From: Squalus acanthias
Taxonomy: Eukaryota
Reading direction: 5' to 3'
DNA length: 64,000 nucleotides
Assembly (NCBI GenBank): GCA_030390025.1
Contig: CM059426.1
Span: 109,120,001 to 109,184,000, forward strand
Shown: positions 49,905 through 61,750 of the stretch, in pieces
How positions within the stretch are numbered: the stretch's first letter is position 1
Layout: each line of letters starts with the position of its first letter
The notes under the pieces: generated by a model
What the model saw: the letters and a program-made list of their open reading frames with translations, nothing else
Told to the model about the DNA's origin: nothing
The model's database searches: none
Position numbers and translations under genes: made by a program

Positions 49905-50345
49905 AGAAAGAACTTTTATTCATATAGCACCTTTCACGACCTCAGGGCGTCCCAAAGCACTTTACAGACAATGAAGTACGCTTTGAAGTGTTTTAATGTA
50001 GGAAATGCGGCAACCAATTTGAACACAGCAATGTTCCACAAATAGCAATGTGATAGTAACAAGATAATCTGTTTTAGTAATGTTAGTTGAGGGATAAATA
50101 TTGGCCAGGACACCAGGAAGAACTCCCCAGCTCCTCTTCAAATAGTGCCACGGGATTCTTGCGTCCACCTGAGAGGATAGATGGGGTCTCGATTTAACAT
50201 CTCATCTGAAAGACACCAGCTCTGACAGTGCAGCACCCCCTCAGTACAGCACTAAAGTGTCTGCCTAGATAATGTGCTCGAGTCTCTGGAGTGGGGCTTG
50301 AACCCACAACCTAACGAGGTGACAATGATACCCACTGAGTCCAGA
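49905..50345 (-). mobile_element. DeuSINE-like SINE, near full length
   Basis: Tail, body and tRNA-like head (ggggcttgaacccacaacc) all present. Confidence 0.75.
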
Positions 50346-50371
50346 TTGACAAGAACCGAGCTAAAGTTAAA

Positions 50372-51261
50372 GGGGGAGAAATTCGGTATCGCCCCATTTG
50401 GGGCGCAATTATCGGCCGGGCGCAAAGTTTAGCACCTGGCGCTAATTATCACCTCCGACTGTAAACTTGGCTTCTATCGCCCCTGGAGGTGATTGGAGTG
50501 CTAAATCAGGCGCTACACACCTCTCTTAAGGTGCTAACGTCGAGGAGCGAGGCACTACCTCAGAGCGCTGGCGAAGCTCATGTGATGTCAGTCAGCAATG
50601 GAACATAGACACACTGGCGCCAGCCAGTTCTTAAAGGGGAGGGTCGATCTTGCTCTCCATCCACACCCTGCTCATTGCAGCCTTGAATCTTGGCTTGGAG
50701 AGACCTGTACATCAAATCTGCTGCAAAGAACAATGGAGAGGCCCAGGGAAAGAGCTCAGAATGCAGCCCCCATAGTCTCTTCTAAATCGATGCAAGGAAG
50801 GTTAAATCAAAATGAACCTGCAAAGTGCTGCTCAGTACCCAAAACTCCTTCACACAGTGTTGAATCTCTCCAGAAGTCTCAATCTCTCTCTCAGAATGTG
50901 TGGTGCAAAAATGTCGCCAACAAAAAAAGGCAGGAAACGGTCGCCTTTAAATAGTGCTCCCCCAGTCCCTTCCCGACTGCAAAACGCTCCCCTCAACCTG
51001 TCGTCGTTACGGCAGGCGGTAAGGCGGGGGCGCCACTCAATATCCGGTCTGGGGCGCTACCGGGGCGTTGCATGCTCGATTGACGTCACGATCTGCGGGC
51101 GCAGGAGATCGTGGCGGTAGTGTTTAGTGCTGCCGCAAAATATCTGGTCAATTTCACAAGTGGTGCAAACATTGCTGTGTCTGGGCGCTAGCTGCTTTGT
51201 GCCCCATTAGCACCCTCTTGGGGCGCTAACGGGAGGCGCAAAGCAACTGAATTTTTCCCCC
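50372..51261. mobile_element. Non-autonomous Harbinger-like DNA transposon
   Basis: 16-bp TIR GGGGGAGAAATTCGGT / ACTGAATTTTTCCCCC (2 mismatches); AAA on both flanks as a candidate 3-bp TSD. Confidence 0.72.
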
Positions 51262-52138
51262 AAAGAATGTTTAAAACAGCTAAAACATTAATGAATTGAA
51301 TTGGAAAATGGGAGAGCAATTAGTTAAGTAAAGAAGCAAGGGAGGAGGTGAAGGGAGAATACAGAAAACAAGGGAATGAAACAAAAAAGAATGTTTAAGA
51401 AAAGGCAAGACTTAATTAACATTAATGTGGACATTGTAAGATGGCAACAGGAATAAATTAGAAATTGGCTACTGGAGGGTTCCACAGCATGTGATGAACC
51501 TTGTGTCACAATACTAATAAACAAGGCCACTAATTTGCAGTTTTCATATAAAATGAATAGGATAGCAAAATAGAATCCCAAAACACTAGCAAAAAATGCT
51601 AGAAAATCCTGTGTAATAGATTTTGATTTATTTAAATTAGAGAGCAAGTTTATAGAAAATGTTAAATCATGATGCTGAGAATTTGTCTGTGAGTAACTGA
51701 AGTTTATTCTGCTTTAAAAATCTCTTATAGTATTCAGAAAACCAGGAGTATTGGACTGTAAATATGCAGGCATCCGCAGGGATATGAAATTCTCTGCAAT
51801 TTTATTACAACTTTTTGTTATGCATAGGTTTATAAAGAGCACAGAAAATCTGTTAACTTGTAATTGCAAGACACCATTTTGAATGAACACAATGTTTTGG
51901 GACTTTAAATCTCATTCGCCAAACCATTTATACACTTGAGAGGAAGCCAATCACACTGGGGCATGGTTTTCGTCTATGAAGGTGTTATTAAATCGATACT
52001 TGCACAGGATTTTGTATCCTATTCTTTATATTGTTTGGTGATTTCCATTGATGGGTCAATGTAATCCTAGCTGACGCAAGCCAGTTGAAAGCCACATCTT
52101 GAAAATGAGTTATGAATTCACAGCTGTAAAAACATAAT

Positions 52139-52920
52139 GGGCCGGAATTTGCGGTGGGCAATAACGGCAAACTAACAGTGTTCGCTGTTATTACCCCTTT
52201 GAAACTGACCGCAACTTCAGGATATAGTGCATGCGCATCTAAACACAGAACTCCTGAAGTTCTGGTCAGTCATTCACTGCTCCGACACTGGCTGCATTGT
52301 GGGCCATTCTCCCCCCCCCCCCCCCCCCCATAGCCGGCAATCAGTTAAACTGGTGAAGACTTAGGCTTTTCCGCAGTAATATCACTGAGTACCCCCTGTT
52401 AAATATACTGTTAAAGTTAGACCTTGTTGGATTAGGTGTAAATGGGGTTTTAACAGCATATTGACTGCTAAACAAATGTTAAGGCCCTGGAAAAACTCAT
52501 TTTAATTTTGTTGAGCATCAGATTTCTCCATTATGATAAAAATGACAATTTTTAAGAAATTTTTCAAAAAACTTTTTTTTTTTTAAAGTTTGTTCATGAT
52601 ATTTCAGGTTCTACCTTATCTGAGGGCCCCAACCTTTGTTTTGCTCTCTGTAACATGTTTAAAAAGTTCGGATAAAAGCAGCTTCTCATTTCCTGGTTCC
52701 CTGTCTGAGAATTCTGGAATGTGATTGGCTGTTTATACAGCATGTTGGCGTTACAGCAGCATCGCACTAGAGAATTCCCACTGCAGAGCGCTGAAATCAC
52801 TTGAGCGTCGAAAAAGGCAACCTTTTCGCCACAGAGATCGTGATCACGAGATCGCTGTCGGCAGCTTTCTTTGGGGCCAGCGGCGAATGCCTTTGCTTCA
52901 CTGCTGACCACAAATTCCGT
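52139..52920. mobile_element. Non-autonomous DNA transposon (probably Harbinger-derived)
   Basis: GGAATTTGCGGT / ACCACAAATTCC imperfect TIRs, CpG-rich ends, AT-rich middle. Confidence 0.6.
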
Positions 52921-53498
52921 GTTGTTCTGATTGTTTGGATGGAGGGTAGTAGGGGTTGGGGATATAAGATGAGGTTAGTTTCAGCTAGAGACTAGTTAAA
53001 TATTCCTGCTTGTCCAACCAGCTGACTGACAATAGTTTTGCAACTGACTGACAGATTAGTGTTGCATTTGATTTAAATGAAGCCACCTCTAAAAATCAAA
53101 ACACTCCATTTTCTTTGCTTGGTTTGGTTTATGTTTTAAGACCTGGAGAGACACATATTGAATGGAACTCATGTAATCTGTATGGCACCCTAAATATTGT
53201 ATTGCATTTCTGGCAGTAGAACTGTTAAAATAAATATCAGTTATTATATAAGCATCTCATTTGTGAAAGACAACGCAGTGTGACAGTACAGTGGGAATTT
53301 TGTACTCCATATTTTCAAACAAAAATAATGTCAGTGTTTGTATTTTGTTCCCAAAGATTATTGGTTTATCAGTTTTGACCAGTCTTGGGTTTTTATAGTC
53401 TGCACTGTTTAATTGTGCACAGTAATTTTTCTGTCAAAGGATGACATTTTTTTATAATGGCTGCACTGATTTTTTTTAAATGTGTTTATTTATTTTAG

Positions 53499-53660
53499 CT
53501 TGGGGACGTCATGGTGGATATTGCTAGTAACATCATGTTAGCAGATGAACACGTCCTCTGGATGGCTCAATGGGAAGCAAAGGCCTGCACTCGAATTGTT
53601 CAGTGTTTACAACGCATTGCTACTGACAGGCTAGCCAGTGGAGCCCAGGTTTATTCCACA
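53499..53660 (+). CDS. ADGRA3: ADGRA3 coding exon (GAIN region)
   Basis: 162-nt phase 0-0 exon, ttttag|...|gtaaga. Encodes LGDVMVDIASNIMLADEHVLWMAQWEAKACTRIVQCLQRIATDRLASGAQVYST. Read by hand. Confidence 0.93.
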
Positions 53661-53903
53661 GTAAGAAAGGGGCTTTAAAATATTTTGTAGCTATCAAAAT
53701 TTTAGTACCTGTTTAACAAAATTGTAAAATGTCGCTTTCCTTCCGTGCATCTATGAGCCATGATCAGTAATTTTTGCTAAACCGAGTTTCATTGTTAAAG
53801 AAATAAAACACACATCCTTGTTTACAGGTTTTTTTTCCTCCAAATAAATATGTTTACCATTTTGTAAATGTGTATTCTAACAACTTGTCTGATGTTTCCA
53901 CAG

Positions 53904-54116
53904 TATTCTCCAAATATTGCAATGGAAGCTTCTGTGGTGAAGGCCAATGGCTTCCCTGGAATGACTTGCACTGTATTCCAGAAGGTAGCCATGGCAGACC
54001 GAACAGGACTTGCTGACTTTGGACGACGAGACCCTGATGGCAACCTGGACAAACAGTTCAGTTTTAAGTGTAGCCCTGGCAATATTAGCAACACACTTTC
54101 TAGTTTTGTAATCAAG
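53904..54116 (+). CDS. ADGRA3: ADGRA3 coding exon (GAIN region)
   Basis: 213-nt phase 0-0 exon, ccacag|...|gtaggc. Encodes YSPNIAMEASVVKANGFPGMTCTVFQKVAMADRTGLADFGRRDPDGNLDKQFSFKCSPGNISNTLSSFVIK. Confidence 0.93.
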
Positions 54117-55327
54117 GTAGGCAAGTAATTAGGGATGAGAAAAATGCCTGTACATTTTATTATTTTTATATTAAGTTTTAATTGCGGTGTGTTTGGAATT
54201 CAATTGTTCTGATAACACTGCCTTGATTAATGCTCAGAAGTGGTTTTGCAAAGTTAAGGCAATTATCTAACACTGAAATTGGGAGCTTTTCTAAACCAAA
54301 AAATTGTTCGTGGAGGTTCACCAAGTAATCTGCTGACTTCTTTGGATTTTCAATAATTATTGGTAAAAGACATTTGTGTGTTCTACCTTTTCAGCAACGT
54401 GTATCAATGCCTCTACATTTCAGTTTATTATTGAGTGCTTTTGTTAAAATACTATAATAAACTCCTACGTGAGTAGGAAAAGAGAACTAGGTGGTTGGAG
54501 GGTTATCTCACAGTTTTTTTTTATCTGTAGAACTTTCTGAATCCAACCCTGACTGATGCAGTGAAAATCTCCTCACTCTGTTAAAATTCTTTACATAAAA
54601 TCTGCAGTTAATTTAGCAGTAACTGGAACTGCATTGGAAATCTCACTGAGATTGTAAGGATGGCTGTTATGGGAAATGGAAATCTCCATCTCCACCCTTG
54701 CACAGTGGGGGCTGCTCTTCAGAGTTATTGTCAAGACACTTTGTTAACACATAACCTGGAAGTGTTTAATGTTGATTAAAGCAGAAAAGTGTTCCAGTGA
54801 TCAGCACAGACATTGCTTGCTCTGAGAACATAAAATACTGTAAATAAGTTTATTAAAAGCTGAGTGAAAATGTTAAAGTTTTGAAATTTTTAAATATTTT
54901 ATTTATGGATCAGTTGACTGCATCTGTACTGGTGGGATGTGGGGGAGCCTAATTACATCAGGTGCATGAATAAAACTGACTGCAGAACCCAACTGCTTAT
55001 GTTGAAGGATGATTTATGACTGAATGCACAAGCATATGATTTCAGTTCAGCCTTGTCCACAAACGTGATGTAGTTGGAGCTTCCTGAATAAATTCTGATT
55101 GTATTTTAAATATTTCATTTTTTTTGCGCTATTGACTTTCTATCAAATCTTTGATCAGTACATTTTGTAGAAATTCATGATTATTTTAATATATGTCTGA
55201 GAGAGAAAACAGTAAAATATCTGGTCATCTGCAGCTTTAGATTTGAATGTTGAAACACACAAGCACAAAACTATGTACCTTAGATATCGTTAAAGGCGAG
55301 CTTACAGAAATACTGATTCAACTGTAC

Positions 55328-55465
55328 AAAAGCAAAATACTGCGGATGCTGGAAATCTGAAATAAAAACAGAAAATGCTGGAAATACTCAGCAGGTCAGG
55401 CAGCAACTGTGGAGAGAGAGAAACAGAGTTAACGTTTCAGGTCAATGACCTTTCGTCAGAACTGA
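55328..55465 (-). mobile_element. Second Penelope-like family, terminal pLTR fragment
   Basis: Minus strand reads cagttctgacgaaaggtcattgacctgaaacgttaactctg...ccagcatccgcagtattttgctttt. Begins with a hammerhead core; sequence unrelated to the fold-back family. Confidence 0.75.
55427..55463 (-). ncRNA. Minimal type I hammerhead ribozyme motif (second family)
   Basis: AGUU-CUGACGA-A-AGGUC(AUU)GACCU-GAA-ACGU-U-AACU: palindromic ACGU stem III and GUU cleavage triplet. Confidence 0.78.
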
Positions 55466-55586
55466 AAGTATTTGCTTTTCAAGAAAATAGAAATTCTGGA
55501 TGGATTCCATTTGTCCAATAAAGAGGCTTAACTTAGTGACGTCGTTGGCTGTGAAGCGCTTTGGGATGTCCTGAGGACGTGAAAGG

Positions 55587-55790
55587 AACATAGGAACAAG
55601 AATAGGCCATTCAGCCCCTCGAGCCTGTTCCGCCATTGAATGAGATCATGGCTGGGCTGTATCTTAACTCCATCTACCCTCCTTGGTTCCATAACCCTTA
55701 ATACCCGCGCCTAACAAAAATCTATCAATCTCAGTTTTGACATTTTCAGATGACATAGCCTCAGCAGCTTTTTGGAGGAGAGTTTTCTAG
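55587..55790 (-). mobile_element. CR1 3' tail fragment
   Basis: aacataggaacaagaataggccattcagcccctcgagcctg... is the CR1 3' UTR in reverse. Confidence 0.8.
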
Positions 55791-55794
55791 AATT

Positions 55795-56733
55795 AAAGTA
55801 GTAGACAGGGGAATGTCTATGGATGTAGTTTATATGGACTTACAGAAGGCATTTGATAAGGTTCCATACAAGAGACTGTAAACTGAAATTAAAGCTCATG
55901 GAATTGAAGGCAAATTATTGTCCTGGTTAGGAGATTGGTTAGGCGGTAGAAGACAGAGTAGGGATAATGGGTATGTACTCGAATTGGAAGGAAGTAAGTA
56001 GTAGTATCCCACAAGGATCTGTGCTGGGGCCTCAACTATTAACTATATTTATTAACACAATAGAGAACCATATTTCCAAGTTTGCCGATGAAACAAAGAT
56101 TGGTGGTACAGTCAGTAGTGTAGACGGGAGCATAAAATTACAAAGTGATATTGATAGATTAATTGAATGGGCAAAACTGGCAGATGGATTTCAATGCAGG
56201 TAAGTGTGGGGTCATCGATTTTGGACCAAAAAAGGATAGATCCGAGTATTATTTAAATGGTAAAAAGCAGGGGAAGCACAGATTCACCAGAATGTTACCA
56301 GGATTAGATTATGAGGAGAGAATACGTAAACTAGGCTTGTATTTCCTGCAATATAGAAGTGTAAGGGGTGATTTGATTGAGGATTTTAGGATTTTGAAAG
56401 GAATGGATAGGGTAGACAGAGAAACATCTTCCACTGGTGGGGGAGTCTAAGGCAAGGGGACATAACCTTAAAAACAGACCCAGGCCATTCAGGAGAGAAG
56501 TTAGGAAACACTTCACGCAAAGGATGGTAGAAGTATGGAACTCTGTCTCTCAAAAAGCAGTAGATGCTAGCTCAATTAATAATTTAAAATCTGGGATTGA
56601 TAGATTTTTGCTAGAAAAGGGTATAAAAGGATATGGAGCCAAAGCAGGGGGATGGAATTAAGATACAGATCAGTTATGATCTCATTGAATGGCAGAACAG
56701 GTTTGAGGGGCTGAATGGCCTACTGTTTCTATG
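55795..56733 (+). mobile_element. CR1 LINE 3' portion with internal deletion
   Basis: Encodes [32 protein letters not shown]; has a CR1 tail. Confidence 0.85.
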
Positions 56734-56744
56734 ACTGAGCAGAC

Positions 56745-58190
56745 TCGACCGGCAGTGGCAGGCGACAGCTTCAAATGTACAGTAAAAGCTCCCACTTGAC
56801 AGAGATCACTTTCCTCAGCCACAAGCTGTTCCTCACTGCATTTCCACAACAGATTTAGCATGCTGCAAGTCTTTCCACAAGTCTTCATCCAGTCTCACCT
56901 CATTACCTTTCTCACCATTGACAGATCGCTTCTGTCATCTGTACTTCACCTGCCATCTATTCCATCAACATGGGTGCCGTTTGTACTGTCTCGCCTTGGT
57001 CCTCAGAATCTGACCACAATGAGCCCCAGCACCAGGCACACCAGCAGCACCAACAACACCAACCTTCTCCGCAATCACCTGATGCTGCACAGGACAGAGG
57101 GCATCAGCACCCGAGCACATTGCTGCCTGGGAGGCCAGGGATGGCCTCACCATGGCCAGATTTACTTCACTTGACGCTGTACACCCTGGCTGCCACATAA
57201 TGCGCCAGGTTGGCACCACCCCACGCCAACACCATAAAGCATCCCTACAATGCCCAAGCCATTCCTTTTACACTTATCACCATTGCAGGGGGTACCGTTA
57301 TGTCTCACCGTTCACTGCAACTCACTAAGCCACTTCCAAATCTGTCCAAGACCAGAAAGTGTTGAAAATAAAGATTTCAATGTTTGACACCACATTAATA
57401 GAAACTCAGAGGAGGGAGGGAGAGATCGGGTGGGGGTCGGTGCCGGGTGGGGTGGGGGGGGGGGGGGGGGAGGGAGTGTGAAGAATGATCGGGGCAGGCG
57501 AGGAAAATCGGGGTCATCGAGGGACTGGGGTGGGTAGAGGGGAATGAAGATCGGGGTGGGAGGAAGATCATCAGGGCCGTTGAGGGACTGGGTGTGTGGG
57601 GGGTGGGGCGGTGCGGAGAAGGAAAATCAGGGCTGTCAAGGGACTGGGGTGGGGGCAGGTAGTGGGAGAGAAGGAAGATTGGGGCCGCTGAAGAACTGGC
57701 AAGGGAAGAGAAGATCGGGGCTTTTGAGGGATTGGGGGGGTGGGTGGGAAAAGAAGATTGGGGCCTTCCAATGATTGGGAGCGGGGTCGGAAGGATCGTG
57801 GCCGGATTCTGGATCATCAGGGGGGATGGAGGGGATCTGGGAAGGTGGTTGGAGGCCTCGTGGGGAAGTCTCTGATCATAGGGGGGTTGGGTTAGGCAGG
57901 GACCCTGGCTCCAAGAGATGTGTGCAAAGGCACTTAGCTCCTAGATGCAGCAGTCCTCACTTTGCTGTAACTGCCGGGTTTTACGAGGTGTGTAAAACCC
58001 GTCCAGCTGCAGTTAAAAACAAAATGTAGGTTAAAGAAGAGGCTTCCAACTTCATTGTAATATTTAAATTGACGTCCCGCCTTCTGGCAGTGGTTTGGAG
58101 GCGGGTTCAGGTCGGGATTCAGATTTTTAACAATTTAACTACCCCCCATAGCTCCAAACCTACCTTTTTTTTAACGTTAAAATTCCCCCC
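56745..58190. mobile_element. Second Harbinger derivative (deleted transposase remnant on +, G-rich interior)
   Basis: 56830-57407 is a diverged reverse-complement homolog of 45873-46480. Right end GTTAAAATTCCCCCCC is TIR-like. Confidence 0.6.
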
Positions 58191-61100
58191 CAAAATGTCT
58201 CCGCTCTGGGTTGGAATGTGATTTTTTTTTTTGTCTTCACTACAGAGCATGAGTTTGAGTTGTAATATGATTCCATGTCTTTAAAGTGCTCCAATGTTGG
58301 GATGACTGCTTTATAGCTGTAGAGGGAAGTTACAGCAGCAATGTGAAACTTGGCTATAAGGTGTGCATTACAAGGATCAAAAAAGTCCTGCAAAAGGTGA
58401 TAGCAACCTGCACAAGGGACCACACCATTGTACAAAATCAATATTCCTTGCTCCATCAAAATTAATCAATCTGATGTGTTCAGCCTGGTGAAAATCATGG
58501 CTGTTTTCCAAAATATTTCATGATTAGATATGTGCAGAGTCGGTCAGTGCACTCCTCCAATAGATGCCTTCAGTAGTAGTTTGTTCATAACAATTGTAGG
58601 AAAATTTTATGTCGTGCTCGTTTTAGAAGTGCTGATGGTGGAAAAACTCCTCTTGTCAGCCTTGATCAGCTCTTCTGACATTAATAGACATTTAATATAT
58701 TGTAAAATGAAAAAGTTATAGATTTTAATTTTTCTTCCTCTGCCTCTTCAATTACTGCAGAAGATCAGTTTGAAATTCTTCAGTTACCATAATTTTGTCT
58801 TAGACTGCTGAACAATTTAATTTTGTATGTAGTCTGAATATTGTATCAGTGGTACTCATAAAATAGATAGCTTTGATTGTCCTGGAATATTTGTGCTTTG
58901 GTGTACCACACATTCTCATATATAAGTGCTAGTGAGTATAGGAATAGGAGGATAGAGCAGATGAATGCGTGGCTGAAGAGTTGGTGCAGGAGGGAGGGCT
59001 TTAGTTTCCTGGATCACTGGGTCTGCTTCTGGGGAAGGTGGGACCTGTACAAGTCGGACAGGTTGCACCTGAACCGGAACGGGACCAACATCCTTGCAGG
59101 GAGGTTTGCTAGTGCTGTTGCGGGGGGGGGGTTTAAGCTAACTTGGCAGGGGGATGGGATACGGAGTGGAGCTATAGTAGGGGGTGATGCACAGCCAAAT
59201 ATAGAGGAAAAAACAAGTCAGCCTGGAAGGCAGAGCAAATATGTAACGGCACAAGGGAGTATGGCAAGGCTGAATGGCATTTATTTTAATGCAAGGAGTC
59301 TTGCGAGTAAGGCCGATGAATTGAAGGTGTTGATGAACACATGGGAGTATGATATTGTTACTATCACAGAGACATGGTTGAGGGAGGGGCAGGACTGGCA
59401 GCTCAATATTCCGGGGTATAGAATCTTCAGGCGAGACAGAGGGGGGTGTAAAAGAGGAGGGGGTGTCGCAATATTAATCAAGGAGTCAATTACTGCTGTA
59501 AGGAGGGATGATATCTTAGCAGGTTCCTCTGATGAGGCCATATGGGTAGAACTTAAAAACAAAAAGGAGGCAAGCACTTTGCTGGGAGTGTACTATAGGC
59601 CCCCAAACAGTCAGGGGGAGATAGAGGAACAGATATGTAGGCAAATCTCAGAGAAGTGTAGAAATAATAGGGTAATAATAGTAGGGGATTTCAACTTCCC
59701 CAATATTAACTGGGATAGTCAGAGTGTGAAAGGCTTAAAGGGTGCGGAATTCTTAAAGTGCATCCAGGAGAGCTTTTTGAGCCAGCATGTAGAAAGTCCT
59801 ACAAGAGAGGGGGCGGTACTGGACCTAATTCTAGGGAATGTAGCTGGGCAAGTGGTAGAAGTGTTAGTAGGAGAGCATTTTGGTGACAGTGACCATAATT
59901 CGGTGAGATTTAAGGTAGTCATGGAAAAGGACAAAGATGGACCGGAAATAAAGGTTCTAAATTGGGGGAAGGCCGATTTTAATATGATAAGGCAGGATCT
60001 GGCCAAAGTGGACTGGGATCAGCTACTTGTAGGAAAATCCACATCAGAGCAGTGGGAGTCTTTCAGAAAGGAAATAGAGAGAGTACAATGCCAACATGTT
60101 CCCGTAAAAGTCGAGGGTGGGACCAACAAACCCAGGGAACCCTGGATGTCAAGGGATATACAAGAATGGATTACGAAAAAAAGGGAGGCTTTTGGCAGAT
60201 ACAAAGGACTAAACAGTGGAAGCCCTAGAGGAGTATAGAAAGTGCAGGAGGGTACTTAAGAAAAGAAATTAGGAGAGCGAAGAGGGGGCATGAGAAAACA
60301 CTGGCGAGCAAAATAAAGGAAAATCCCAAGGTGTTTTGTAAGTATATTAAGGGCAAGAGGATAACCAGGGAAAGAGTAGGGCCCATTAGGGACCAAAGTG
60401 GCAATCTGTGTGTAGAGCCGGAAGATGTAGGTGAGATTTTAAATGAATACTTTGCATCTATGTTCACTATGGAGAAGGACGATGTAGGCATAGAAATCAG
60501 GCAGGGGGGTTGTGATATACTTGAACAAATTAGTTTTGAAAGGGAGGAGGTTTTAGCGGGCTTAAAAGTGGATAAATCCCCAGGCCCTGACGAGATGTAT
60601 CCCAGGCTGCTGTGTGAGGCAAGGGAGGAGATTGCAGGGGCTCTGACACACATTTTCAGAACCTCTCTAGCCACAGGGGAGGTGCCAGAGGACTGGAGAA
60701 CAGCTAACATAGTACCATTGTTCAAGAAGGGTAGTAGGGATAAACCAGGGAATTATAGGCCAGTGAGCCTAACATCAGTGGTAGGGAAATTATTGGGAAA
60801 AATTCTGAGGGACAGAATTAGTCTCCACTTGGAGAGGCAGGGATTAATCAGGGATAGTCAGCATGGCTTTGTCGGGGAGATCATGTCTGACCAATTTGAT
60901 TGAATTTTTCGAGGGGGTGACTAGGTGTGTGGATGAGGGTGGTGCAGTTGATGTAGTCTACATGGACTTCAGTAAGGCTTTTGACAAAGTCCCACATGGG
61001 AGACTGGTCAAGAAGGTAAGAGCCCATGGGATCCAGGGCAATTTGGCACATTGGATCCAAAATTGGCTTAGTGGCAGGAGGCAGAGGGTGATGGTCGAAG

Positions 61101-61538
61101 GTTGTTTTTGTGACTGGAAGCCTGTGTCCAGTGGTGTACCGCAGGGATCGGTGCTGGGTCCTTTGCTGTTTGTAGTGTACATTAATGATTTAGATATGAA
61201 TGTAGGAGGTATGATCAGTAAGTTCGCAGATGACACCAAAATTGGTGGAGTGGTAAATAGCGAGGAGGGAAGCCTCAGGCTACAGGACGATATAGATGGG
61301 TTGGTTCGATGGACAGAACAGTGGCAAATGGAATTTAACCCTGAAAAGTGTGAGATGATGCATTTTGGGAGGACTAACAAGGCAAGGGAATACACAATGA
61401 ATGGTAGGACCCTAGGAAGGACAGAGGGACCTTGGTGTGCATGTACATAGATCCCTGAAAGCAGCAGGACAGCTAGATAAGGTGGTTAAAAAGGCATATG
61501 GGATACTTGCCTTCACTAGCCGAGGCATAGAATATAAG

Positions 61539-61750
61539 TCATGATGCGGAGATGCCGGTGTTGGACTGGGGTGGACAAAATTGAGAGGTCGCACAACACC
61601 AGGTTATAGTCCAACAGTTTTATTTGAAATCACAAGCTTTCGGAACTATCGCTCCTTCCTCAGGTGAAGTAAGGAAGGAGCGATAGTTCCGAAAGCTTGT
61701 GATTTCAAATAAAACTGTTGGACTATAACCTGGTGTTGTGCGACCTCTCA
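61539..61750. mobile_element. Penelope-like pLTR-derived fold-back insertion, copy 4 (inside CR1 ORF2)
   Basis: 81-bp arms (61580-61660 / 61672-61752), 11-nt spacer, TSD ATAGAATATAAG (61527-61538 and 61751-61762). Confidence 0.88.
61630..61667 (-). ncRNA. Minimal type I hammerhead ribozyme motif
   Basis: Minus strand reads UCAC-CUGAGGA-A-GGAGC(GAUA)GUUCC-GAA-AGCU-U-GUGA, with a G-U wobble in stem II. The + strand twin is truncated and lacks CUGA. Confidence 0.75.

Noticed and set aside
57405-57900. G-rich quasi-repeats (potential G-quadruplex) and Pro-rich ORFs
   Set aside because: Low-complexity interior of a transposon derivative (similar tract at 46770-46925); no evidence of independent function.
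58877-60238. 453-aa ORF fusing the CR1 ORF1 esterase to the ORF2 endonuclease
   Set aside because: The junction runs through a G homopolymer (~59122-59131). The related copy near 10560 has GLN-stop at this point, so the fusion is most simply a slippage or assembly indel. The ORF start also lies outside the element.
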